Origin: Candidatus Poribacteria bacterium WGA-3G
Lineage (GTDB): Bacteria > Poribacteria > WGA-4E > WGA-3G
NCBI GenBank assembly: GCA_000406005.1
Contig: ASZN01000015.1
Coordinates: 15,542 to 79,541 of the forward strand
Direction of reading: 5' to 3'
Length of the DNA: 64,000 nt
How positions within the stretch are numbered: position 1 is the stretch's first letter; each line of letters starts with the position of its first letter. Position numbers and translations under genes: made by a program. The notes under the pieces are model-generated. The model worked only from the letters and a program-made list of their open reading frames with translations, did no database searches and was not told the DNA's origin. This document shows positions 1 through 8,992 of the stretch, one piece after another.

Positions 1-978
1 GAGCTCCAGGTGGTCGATAAAAAAACGCTCAGAACTGTTGATGATATCGGATTAGGGGATCGCACGAGGCTCAAGGAAATTATTTTAGCGGATGCCTCTA
101 CTAACACCATATCTATCACCTATATTAGGCGGGAGGTTAAGGATTATAAAGTTGTATATGACCCTGATAAAGAAATTAAGAGACATCTTAGAATGATAGA
201 TGGTAAACTTCGAGATGTGGCAGATCCGCTAAGTCCAATCCCACCGGATATGGCGTTCTTTCGGGCAGGCAGATTTTTTAGGATGGGAAGCGACAATTGG
301 GAAAAAGATGCCGAAACTGATGAGGAGCCACAGCACAACGTCCACCTTGATGCGTTCTATATGGACACATACGAAACGACAAACGTACAATACAAGGAAT
401 TTATTGATGCGAACCCACAGTGGCAGAAAAATCGTATCCCAAAAAAATACCACGACGGAGATTATCTGAAGCACTGGAATGGAAATGATTACCCACCCGA
501 CAAAGGCAACCACCCCGTCGTTTATGTCAGTTGGTACGCAGCAATGGCTTATGCAGAGTGGCGCGGGAAACGCCTGCCGACAGAAGCAGAATGGGAGAGT
601 GCCGCGCGGGGGGCTTGGCATGCCATTAATGCCGACACAGCAAACTATGGTGAAAATGTCGGCGATACGACACCCGTCGGAACGTATCCGCCGGACGCAA
701 ACGGCTTATACGATATGGCAGGCAACGTCTGGGAATGGTGCCTTGATGAATACGATGCAGATTTCTACTCTATTTCTCCACGTCAGAATCCACTTGCCGG
801 TGGAACGATGGAGAATCTCTTATCCGATTGGACAAACGTTAAAACCGTCCGTGTGTTACGCGGCGGTTCTTGGGTAAGTAACGCCAAGTTTGTGCGAGCC
901 TCTGATCGGACAAGGTTCACGCCAAAGATCACGAACAAGGCTCGTGGATTTCGTTGTGTGAAGACTGTAACACCTTAA
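1..978 (+). CDS. FGE-sulfatase (SUMF1/EgtB/PvdO family) domain protein, probably 5'-partial
   Basis: Frame is open from base 1. Motifs FYMDTYETTNxQY, HPVVYVSWYAAMAYAEW, RLPTEAEWE, GLYDMAGNVWEWC, RVLRGGSW and GFRC. Lacks the FGE catalytic cysteine core. Confidence 0.9.
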   Translation, partial: ELQVVDKKTLRTVDDIGLGDRTRLKEIILADASTNTISITYIRREVKDYKVVYDPDKEIKRHLRMIDGKLRDVADPLSPIPPDMAFFRAGRFFRMGSDNWEKDAETDEEPQHNVHLDAFYMDTYETTNVQYKEFIDANPQWQKNRIPKKYHDGDYLKHWNGNDYPPDKGNHPVVYVSWYAAMAYAEWRGKRLPTEAEWESAARGAWHAINADTANYGENVGDTTPVGTYPPDANGLYDMAGNVWEWCLDEYDADFYSISPRQNPLAGGTMENLLSDWTNVKTVRVLRGGSWVSNAKFVRASDRTRFTPKITNKARGFRCVKTVTP

Positions 979-1010
979 ACCTTTCGTCAAATCCAGTGAA
1001 CCTTTAGGTT

Positions 1011-1034
1011 GTAGCATAACCTGTTAGGTTGTGC
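1011..1034 (+). repeat. GTAG-led hairpin, REP-like
   Basis: GTAGCATAACCTGTTAGGTTGTGC; stem GCATAACCT/AGGTTGTGC with one G-T pair, intergenic. Confidence 0.5.
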
Positions 1035-1077
1035 AAACTTGAACCCTTTCAAAATGGTATAACGCGAAGGAGAAAAT

Positions 1078-3762
1078 ATGAGCAGCAACCTAAAAGCCTT
1101 CCGCACAATCATTTGCCTGTTGATGCTCTTTTGGAATCATCACATTGCCTACGCACAACAACCTATTTCACAACAAGCGTTCGTTATCTTTGAAGAACAC
1201 TGCCTCAGCTGCCATGGCGAGTTCGGTTCGTATACGGACGCGCTTCTCATTAAACGCGCGAATTTAATCGTAGACCGCGCTGTTGTTCGGAAGCAGCCGG
1301 ATGCCTCCGAACTCTACCTGCGTCTTCTCGGTGATACGGACACCGGTTCGCAGATGCCTTTGGGACAAGACCCTCTGGATGCTGAGGAAATCGCCACCAT
1401 TCGCCGCTGGATTGAAGCGGGCGCGCCAGATTGGGACGCAATCCCCAAACCCGAACGCCGTTTTATCACCACCGAGGCGATGCTCAAATCTATCCATACC
1501 CATGTAACCTCACTCGCTGCCTTTGACCGCTCCTTCGCACGCTATTTCACACTGACACATCTCTACAATGCCGGTGCAAGCGACGACAACCTCCGCGCCT
1601 ATCGGAATGCCTTGTCGAAATTGGTTAACAGTCTCTCTTGGGGTTCTAAGGTCGTCAAACCGACACCTATTGACCCGGAGGAGACGATTTTCTACATTGA
1701 TCTCAGGTCCTACGAATGGAACATCAAAAGCGATAAGTGGTATAAGATTGAACAGGCGTATCCCTATGGTGTGCGATTGAAGTCATCAAAGTATACAACC
1801 GTATGCCAAGAGACGGACTGTGAGTTGCCGTTTGTCCGTGCCGATTGGTTCATAGCGACGGCTTCTTTACCACCGCTCTACCACGAGATCCTTGACTTAC
1901 CAAAAACAGACAAAGAGTTGGAGACTCGCCTTGAGGTGGATGTTAGTGAAAACATAAAAAATGCCCCAGGTGTCCGTGTCTGGCGTGCAGGTTTTAACGA
2001 TTCTGGTGTATCCGTTAACAACCGCATTGTAGAACGTCATAAATCCCGGTATGGAGCGTATTGGAAATCCTACGACTTTGCGAGAAATGTGGGTACGCAA
2101 AACATCTTCACGCATCCACTCAATTTCACGCATGATGGCAGCGAGATCATCTTCAATCTCCCCAACGGGTTGCAGGTGTACTATCTCTCCGCGGCCACAG
2201 GTGAGCGGCTTGATGAAGCACCGATTAACATCGTATCAAACGCTGGTGCCAGAGACCCAGTTGTCCGTAATGGACTCTCCTGCATGGGGTGCCACACGGA
2301 GGGGATGAAAACATTTGAAGATCAGGTGCGCCCAGTCATTGAACAGAATCGGAACCCTTCTTATGACAAAGCGCAGGCGTTACGTCTCTATGCGGAGAAA
2401 TCAGAGATGGATAGCCTCGTCCGCCAAGATATTGCGCGTTATCGACAAGCGATCGAAGCCGCGGGTGGTGTGTTCGGTGGAAGTGAACCGATACAGCAGT
2501 TGGTCAAGCAGTTTAAGGGACCGCTTGATGCTGTGCACGCTGCAGCAGAAGTCGGATTAGAAACCGCTGATTTCCTTAAGGAGATTCGTGAGAATAGAAC
2601 ACTCCGTAAAGCCGGGTTGTTAGTACTAATGTTAGAACCGGTTATTAATCCCGATACCTGGGAACCACAATATAAACCAACAGTTAAGCGCGATGCTTGG
2701 GAATCAAAATTTAAGGAGATAGTTGCTGCCCTGCAAGGACGGGTTATATCTGAGGGACTCGGAATAACGAAACCGACTTACAAATTTAGGGTGGAACCAA
2801 AGTATCCAGACACTGCTAAAAAGGCGAAGAAGGAAGGCACAGTTATTCTACAACTAACCATTGATGAAAACGGTCTCCCTAAAGATATTGTCGCATTGAC
2901 AAGTCTCGGATTTGGACTCGAAGAAGCAGCAATTGAAGCAACAAAAAAAATGACCTTCCATCCGGCAACGAAAGGTGGGACACCGATCAGCCTTGAGAAT
3001 GTTCAAATTCCATACGAGTTTAAACTTGAGTTAACGCCATCAGACACTGCTAACATAGGCATGGCTCTGATTCCCGCAGGCGAGTTCCAGATGGGCAGCA
3101 ACGACAATGAAGCAAGCGATGACGAAAAACCGGTCCATACAGTTTATGTTGATGCGTTCTACATAGATAAATACGAAGTGACCGTTGGCGAGTACAAAGA
3201 ATTTATTCAGGCTACGGGGTACCCTGCTCCTGACTGGAGTGAGATCGCTGAGGATTCTCCCACTGATCGTCACCCTATCGTTCATATAAGTTGGCACGAT
3301 GCTATGGCTTATGCACAATGGGCAGGTAAAAGGCTTCCAACAGAAGCAGAATGGGAGAAAGCTGCGCGCGGCGGGTTAGTTGGACAAAAGTACACTTGGG
3401 GCAATGCCATCGATCCCAGCAAAGGAAACTATAACCGTAACGCCGGCGGAACAACTGTTGTTGGCAGTTATCCGCCGAATAGTTATGGCGTGTACGATAT
3501 GGCAGGTAACGCGTGGGAGTGGTGCCTTGATGCATACAATTCGGATTTCTATGCGAGTTCTCCGCTAAAAAATCCGATTTCTGGTGGAACTGTGAAAAGT
3601 ATTGTCTCAAATGTCGCAGTTGTCAAAACCGATCGTGTGTTGCGTGGTATTGCCTGGACGGATACTTCAGAACCTGTGTTAGTTGCGACTCGTGTTGGAA
3701 AAAATCCGGCAAAAACCAGCCGTCTCTACGGTTTCCGTTGCGTGAAACCTGTAACACCTTAG
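1078..3762 (+). CDS. Secreted di-heme (planctomycete-type cytochrome c) protein with TonB C-terminal domain and FGE-sulfatase domain
   Basis: Signal peptide (AYA-Q); CLSCH and CMGCH heme motifs; TonB_C-like PKYPDTAKKAKKEGTVILQLTIDENG...GLEEAAIEA...FHPA; C-terminal FGE motifs. RBS AAGGAG upstream. Confidence 0.85.
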   Translation: MSSNLKAFRTIICLLMLFWNHHIAYAQQPISQQAFVIFEEHCLSCHGEFGSYTDALLIKRANLIVDRAVVRKQPDASELYLRLLGDTDTGSQMPLGQDPLDAEEIATIRRWIEAGAPDWDAIPKPERRFITTEAMLKSIHTHVTSLAAFDRSFARYFTLTHLYNAGASDDNLRAYRNALSKLVNSLSWGSKVVKPTPIDPEETIFYIDLRSYEWNIKSDKWYKIEQAYPYGVRLKSSKYTTVCQETDCELPFVRADWFIATASLPPLYHEILDLPKTDKELETRLEVDVSENIKNAPGVRVWRAGFNDSGVSVNNRIVERHKSRYGAYWKSYDFARNVGTQNIFTHPLNFTHDGSEIIFNLPNGLQVYYLSAATGERLDEAPINIVSNAGARDPVVRNGLSCMGCHTEGMKTFEDQVRPVIEQNRNPSYDKAQALRLYAEKSEMDSLVRQDIARYRQAIEAAGGVFGGSEPIQQLVKQFKGPLDAVHAAAEVGLETADFLKEIRENRTLRKAGLLVLMLEPVINPDTWEPQYKPTVKRDAWESKFKEIVAALQGRVISEGLGITKPTYKFRVEPKYPDTAKKAKKEGTVILQLTIDENGLPKDIVALTSLGFGLEEAAIEATKKMTFHPATKGGTPISLENVQIPYEFKLELTPSDTANIGMALIPAGEFQMGSNDNEASDDEKPVHTVYVDAFYIDKYEVTVGEYKEFIQATGYPAPDWSEIAEDSPTDRHPIVHISWHDAMAYAQWAGKRLPTEAEWEKAARGGLVGQKYTWGNAIDPSKGNYNRNAGGTTVVGSYPPNSYGVYDMAGNAWEWCLDAYNSDFYASSPLKNPISGGTVKSIVSNVAVVKTDRVLRGIAWTDTSEPVLVATRVGKNPAKTSRLYGFRCVKPVTP

Positions 3763-3815
3763 TGCTAATAGACAGTAAGCGGAGCAACTGTTCCTTTAAC
3801 AAATACTCGTTCGTA

Positions 3816-3834
3816 GTAGGGCAATTCATTGCCC
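3816..3834 (+). repeat. GTAG-led hairpin, REP-like
   Basis: GTAGGGCAATTCATTGCCC; stem GGGCAAT/ATTGCCC, intergenic. Confidence 0.55.
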
Positions 3835-3867
3835 GTTCTGGCAATTAATAACTTCTTTGGAGAAGAT

Positions 3868-6174
3868 ATGAAAACTTTTTGCATAATAACTTGTTTGCTG
3901 ATTTTAGCCTTGAGCCAGCAGATTGTGTACGCACAACAAGCACTTGAGCAACAAGCGTTCGCTATCTTTGAGCAACACTGCCTCGACTGCCACGGCGAAT
4001 TCGGATCTTATAGCGATGTACTTACGATGAAGCATAAAGACTTAATCGAAGATCGCTCCCTCATACCGGGGCAACCCGATGCCTCCGAACTCTATCTGCG
4101 CCTGCTCGGTGATACGGACAGAGGATCACAAATGCCGTTGGGACAAGATCCTCTTGATGCTGAGGATATCTCCACAATCCGCCGTTGGATTGAAGCGGGC
4201 GCGCCAGATTGGGAGACAATTCCCAAACCCGAACGCCGTTTTATCACTACCGAGGCGATGCTCAAAACTATCCACACCCATGTGACATCGCTCACTGCCT
4301 TCGACCGCTCCTTTGCACGCTATTTTACACTGACGCACCTATACAACGCCGGTGCGAGCGACGACAACCTCCGCGCCTATCGGAATGCCTTATCGAAATT
4401 GGTGAACAGTCTCTCGTGGGGTGCCGAGGTTATCAAGCCGACACCCATCGACCAAGAAGAGACAATCTTCTACATCGATCTCAGGCACTACGAATGGGAC
4501 ATCAAAAGCGATAGGTGGTATAAGATTGAGCAGGCGTATCCGTACGGTGTACAGCTAAAATCATCAACGTGGACAACGTTATGTCAAGAAACGGACTGTG
4601 AGTTGCCATTCATCCGCGCCGACTGGTTCATCGCCACCGCCTCACTACCACCGCTCTACCACGAGATCCTTGACTTACCAAAAACAGACAAAGAGTTGGA
4701 GACTCGCCTTGAGGTGGATGTTAGTGAAAACATAAAAAATGCCCCAGGTGTCCGTGTCTGGCGTGCAGGTTTTAACGATTCTGGTGTATCAGTCAACAAT
4801 CGCATTGTAGAACGCCACAAATCTCGATACGGTGCCTATTGGAAATCCTACGACTTTGCAGGAAATGTCGGCACACAGAACATCTTCACACACCCCCTCA
4901 ATTTCACACATGACGGGGGCGAGATAATCTTCAACTTACCCAACGGATTACAGGCGTACTATCTCTCCACTGCCACAGGTGATCGGCTTGACGAAGCACC
5001 CATTAACATCGTCTCAAACGCCGGTGCAAGAGACCCAGTTGTCCGCAATGGACTCTCCTGCATGGGCTGCCACACGGAAGGAATGAAAACGTTTGAAGAT
5101 CAAGTACGTTCAGTGATTGAGCAGAATCGGAACCCCTCTTACGACAAAGCACAAGCGTTACGTCTCTATACTGAAAAGTCAAAGATGGATACTCTCGTCC
5201 GCGAAGACATTGCGCGTTATCGGCAAGCAATTGAAGCCGCTGGTGGTGTCTTCGGTGGGAGTGAACCGATCCAGCAGTTGGTCAAGCAGTTTGAGGGTCC
5301 GCTTGATGCAACGCACGCTGCGGCGGAGGTAGGATTAGAAACTGATGACTTTCTCGAAAAAATACGTGAGAATAGGACGCTGCAGAATGCCGGGTTGTTG
5401 GTACTTGGGGTTGAGAAAGGAACTGTTAAGCGAGATGCGTGGGAATCGCAATTTGGTAAAACGGTCTCTGTCCTGAAACTTGGAAAACATGTAAACCCTT
5501 ACGCCAACATGGTACTAATTCCAGCAGGCGAGTTTCAGATGAGGACTAACCCTGATGATTCTGACGAAGAACTTCTGTATACAACAATCTCCGTTGATGC
5601 ATTTTATATAGACAAATATGAAGTGACGAATGCACAATATAAAGAGTTCCTTAATGCTAATCCAGAGTGGCGGAAAGAGGAGCGAACTAATCCTAGAAAG
5701 TACCATTACCTTGCCTATAACTGTTATTTGTATGACTGGAATGAGGACACCTATCCGAGTGGTAAAGGCAATCAGCCCGTAGCCTTTGTTAGTTATGATG
5801 CTGCGGTGGCTTATGCACAGTGGATAGGCAAGCGTCTACCAACGGAGGCAGAATGGGAGAAAGCAGCACGCGGCAGGTTAGTAAAAAAGAAATATCCATG
5901 GGGCAATTTGATTGATTCCAACAAGGCAAATCCTCGGGAAAGTGTTATCACACCTGTTGGAAGTTATCCTCCAAACGGATATGGCCTGCATGATATAGCT
6001 GGTAACGTGGCGGAATGGTGCCTTAAGGAACCACTCCGCGCTGACTCCGATGTTGCTATTGAATTTAAGGATATTGTATTGCGCGGTGGCCTACGCGTTG
6101 ATCTGCGTGTTTCTTACGGTGGAGACATAAGTTACTTTAACGGATTTCGTTGTGTTAAGGATGTAAAACCTTAA
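3868..6174 (+). CDS. Secreted di-heme cytochrome c / FGE-sulfatase protein, paralog of 1078..3762 without the TonB_C domain
   Basis: ATG at 3868 follows GGAG and starts a signal peptide; CLDCH and CMGCH; about 530 N-terminal residues highly similar to the upstream gene; FGE domain with a shortened C-terminus. Confidence 0.85.
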   Translation: MKTFCIITCLLILALSQQIVYAQQALEQQAFAIFEQHCLDCHGEFGSYSDVLTMKHKDLIEDRSLIPGQPDASELYLRLLGDTDRGSQMPLGQDPLDAEDISTIRRWIEAGAPDWETIPKPERRFITTEAMLKTIHTHVTSLTAFDRSFARYFTLTHLYNAGASDDNLRAYRNALSKLVNSLSWGAEVIKPTPIDQEETIFYIDLRHYEWDIKSDRWYKIEQAYPYGVQLKSSTWTTLCQETDCELPFIRADWFIATASLPPLYHEILDLPKTDKELETRLEVDVSENIKNAPGVRVWRAGFNDSGVSVNNRIVERHKSRYGAYWKSYDFAGNVGTQNIFTHPLNFTHDGGEIIFNLPNGLQAYYLSTATGDRLDEAPINIVSNAGARDPVVRNGLSCMGCHTEGMKTFEDQVRSVIEQNRNPSYDKAQALRLYTEKSKMDTLVREDIARYRQAIEAAGGVFGGSEPIQQLVKQFEGPLDATHAAAEVGLETDDFLEKIRENRTLQNAGLLVLGVEKGTVKRDAWESQFGKTVSVLKLGKHVNPYANMVLIPAGEFQMRTNPDDSDEELLYTTISVDAFYIDKYEVTNAQYKEFLNANPEWRKEERTNPRKYHYLAYNCYLYDWNEDTYPSGKGNQPVAFVSYDAAVAYAQWIGKRLPTEAEWEKAARGRLVKKKYPWGNLIDSNKANPRESVITPVGSYPPNGYGLHDIAGNVAEWCLKEPLRADSDVAIEFKDIVLRGGLRVDLRVSYGGDISYFNGFRCVKDVKP

Positions 6175-6219
6175 TCTTACCTTTAACATAACTATAGCCA
6201 AACATCTCCACGACCTTTG

Positions 6220-6912
6220 TTACATAGACGTATCCGATGCATCAGGGACTATCCACGGTTGGTCGAAGATTCCCTGCCAATCATCAGTGAAATCTACCGA
6301 CAAATCTCCCCCTAATTTTTTTCCCTTAAACAGAAGATAGTATTTCTGTATAAGTTCCGCAAGGTAGTCTATACAATCATCTAAGGCCTTGAACGGGGGA
6401 GATCCCTTGAGTCCCTTCTTGATGATCTTTTCGTCAAGATGGGAAACCCGAGTGTCAGCGAATTCCTCCACTGTTCTGGATAGTGCTTTTAACTTACACA
6501 AGTCTTGGCAAACAATGATCGCATCAATATGATCTGCACATTCTCCTGCAAACTTTTCGTCAAAGAGGTCATTAGCGCGCTGTTCACCTCCCGGATGTAG
6601 ATACACGAAACGCTCCACAAATCGCTCTCGCGAAAGCACAGAAGGGGTTTGTATTATCTTCTCCAACAGTCCGACCAGTGAAATACTACTCCTATGATGC
6701 CTAACTTGCCGGCGAATTGCACTTACAGCATAATCAAAATAAGCCTGCCCTAAAAACACATTAAACCAGTTAGGCTTATAATTCTCAAGATTTGGGTTAT
6801 TCCTAATTATTGCTTGTACTTCCCAGAAGATGTGTCTATTAAAAAAAACTTCCGCAAAGTTTTTGTAGAGAACTTCAAGCCATTTTTCCCATTTTTCAAC
6901 CTGTTGATTCAT
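6220..6912 (-). CDS. HEPN (AbiU2-like) domain protein, putative
   Basis: All-helical 230-aa protein with SISLxxLL and a late FADTRVSHLD motif resembling the AbiU2-type (R)DKxIAHxD. The Arg position of the usual Rx4H motif holds Ala. Confidence 0.5.
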   Translation of the reverse strand: MNQQVEKWEKWLEVLYKNFAEVFFNRHIFWEVQAIIRNNPNLENYKPNWFNVFLGQAYFDYAVSAIRRQVRHHRSSISLVGLLEKIIQTPSVLSRERFVERFVYLHPGGEQRANDLFDEKFAGECADHIDAIIVCQDLCKLKALSRTVEEFADTRVSHLDEKIIKKGLKGSPPFKALDDCIDYLAELIQKYYLLFKGKKLGGDLSVDFTDDWQGIFDQPWIVPDASDTSM

Positions 6913-7010
6913 ATCAATTTTTTCCTTTGAATTTATTCTACTTTTGTATACTTGTGTTTAATTTTCAGCATCCGCTCAACTTAACCTACGTGCTTAAGTC
7001 GAAGTCACGT

Positions 7011-7038
7011 TTAAATAGTATTACTTAAATAGTATTAC
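7011..7038. repeat. Perfect tandem 14-bp duplication TTAAATAGTATTAC x2
   Basis: Read directly at 7011-7024 and 7025-7038, in the divergent promoter region between the HEPN-like and TPR-TRD genes. Confidence 0.9.
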
Positions 7039-7204
7039 ATTATCGCTGAATTGTCAAGAGAAACATTTTGAAAATCAGAACCGTTTAATTTTGAGACAAA
7101 GTTCTCGATCTGACGATCAAATCTAACAAAATTTGGTTGATATCCTTGCACGGAGTATGCTATTATTTTCACACCAAAGGAAAGCCGCATTTTGGAGAAA
7201 AGCA

Positions 7205-8992
7205 ATGATCACAATGCCAGATCCGCAGGATCACGTTTTCTATAACAATCGCGGTATTGATTACGGCGAAAAGGGTGAGTACGATCTTGCCATCAAAGAT
7301 TTTACCAAAGCTATTGAACTCAAACCGGACTACGCAATTGCCTACAACAATCGAGGGGCTGTCTATCGGAGCAAAGGTAAGCACGATTTAGCTATACAAG
7401 ACTGCAACAAAGCCATACAACTGAAATCAGATTATGCCGAACCTTATAGCAATCGTGGTGCTGCTTATCGCAACAAAGGCGATTATGACCGTGCCATTAG
7501 AGACTATGACAGGGCAATAAAACTAAAACCGAATTTTGTTCAGGCATATTACAATCGAGGTCTTGCTTACCATGAAAAAGGCGAATTAGATATTGCCATC
7601 AAGAACTACAACAAGGCAATAGCACTAAACCCAAAACTTGCCCATCCTTATAACAATCGTGGCAATGTTCATCTCCAAAAACGAGATTTTGATAGTGCTA
7701 TTGAAGACTATAGCAAGGCAATAGAATTGAATCCAGAACTTGGTCTTGCATATTACAATCGCAGTGAAGCCTGGTTACATCCAAAAGAATGGGATAAAGC
7801 CAAAACCGATCTGACCGTTGCCAAGAAATTAGGCATGGATATCATTGCTGCGTTTCATAACGCTTACAAGGACGTTGAGACGTTCGAGAAGCGAAAGGGT
7901 TTTAAGGTGCGGGACGACGTTGCACTCATGTTAACACAGCGACGGCGGAACCGGTACCCCAAGACGCTAAAAATATTGGATGCCGATGGTAAGCCTCTGG
8001 AATCACCGAATGTGGTGAATTTACGCGAGCAGCTTCGCAATACTGGCACGCCATTGGGCAAATACCTTAAGGCAAAATCTACTTTTGGCATCAACACAGC
8101 ACCCACAGAGGCATTCGTTGTGGACAAAGCCACACGGAGTAATCTCATTGCGGCACATCCATCATCCGCTGATATTTTGAAGCCGTTCTTGCACGGACGC
8201 GATTTAAGACGTTGGCATGCAGAGCCACAAGGAAAATGGTTGATATTTGCACACCGAGGCATCGCGATAAACGAGTATCCAGCAATCTTGAAATACTTGG
8301 AAAAGCACAAGGATGCCTTGAGCAAGCGGGCTGGTAAACAGGCATGGTATGAATTGCAGGCAGCCTGCAGCGATCCGGAGCGTTTTGCCCAACCGAAACT
8401 TGTTTGTCCAAACCTCTATGAACACCAAACTTTTGCGGTTGATACTGCCGGTTTTTATTGTGGGAATACAGCCTACCTGATACCCACTGAGGAAACGTGG
8501 TTATGCGGTCTCCTGAATTCCCGCGTTGTGGAGTGGTTTTATTCACAGGTGTCGAACCAATTAACCATTGATTACCTGCGGGCACGTAGTGGTTATATGC
8601 AACAAATCCCTGTTCCTGACATCACATCAACGCAGAAGGCACTTATCGGTCAATTTGTGGCGTACCTTATCTATCTCCAGCAGCAGCCGACAACAAATAG
8701 TAATGATTTGGCGCACGCTCGCGACGCTATAATGCTTAGATATTTTGAGCGGATAATTGATGGCATGATTTATGAGTCATATTTGCCAGATGAACTGCAT
8801 AAAGGCCGCAAACACTTCTTCCAACCGTTACGGGATGAACAGTTGCCGCAACTTGAAGATATCCAGGGAGATAAAATGTCTGCGTTCCGGGACATCTTTG
8901 AGCACTTGCATGAAAGAAAACACCCAGTGGCAGTCAATCTATTCTTTCTCGATAGTGTAAAACCTGTACGCATTATTCAGGGAAAACTATGA
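7205..8992 (+). CDS. TPR protein fused to a type IIG restriction-modification target-recognition region (TaqI_C-like)
   Basis: Six TPRs (YNNRG..Y..KG.YD.AI.D..KAI.L.P). Then LREQLRNTGTPL..Y, ILKPFLHGRDLRRW, WLIF, KLVCPNL..HQTFAVD, GNTAYLI, WLCGLLNSRVVEWF, YMQQIPVP. No methyltransferase or nuclease motifs. ATG 7205 follows GGAG. Confidence 0.8.
   Translation: MITMPDPQDHVFYNNRGIDYGEKGEYDLAIKDFTKAIELKPDYAIAYNNRGAVYRSKGKHDLAIQDCNKAIQLKSDYAEPYSNRGAAYRNKGDYDRAIRDYDRAIKLKPNFVQAYYNRGLAYHEKGELDIAIKNYNKAIALNPKLAHPYNNRGNVHLQKRDFDSAIEDYSKAIELNPELGLAYYNRSEAWLHPKEWDKAKTDLTVAKKLGMDIIAAFHNAYKDVETFEKRKGFKVRDDVALMLTQRRRNRYPKTLKILDADGKPLESPNVVNLREQLRNTGTPLGKYLKAKSTFGINTAPTEAFVVDKATRSNLIAAHPSSADILKPFLHGRDLRRWHAEPQGKWLIFAHRGIAINEYPAILKYLEKHKDALSKRAGKQAWYELQAACSDPERFAQPKLVCPNLYEHQTFAVDTAGFYCGNTAYLIPTEETWLCGLLNSRVVEWFYSQVSNQLTIDYLRARSGYMQQIPVPDITSTQKALIGQFVAYLIYLQQQPTTNSNDLAHARDAIMLRYFERIIDGMIYESYLPDELHKGRKHFFQPLRDEQLPQLEDIQGDKMSAFRDIFEHLHERKHPVAVNLFFLDSVKPVRIIQGKL

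Noticed and set aside
1-6174. Complete diversity-generating retroelement at the FGE array
   Set aside because: No reverse transcriptase, accessory gene or non-coding template repeat is visible; the intergenic gaps are too short to hold one.
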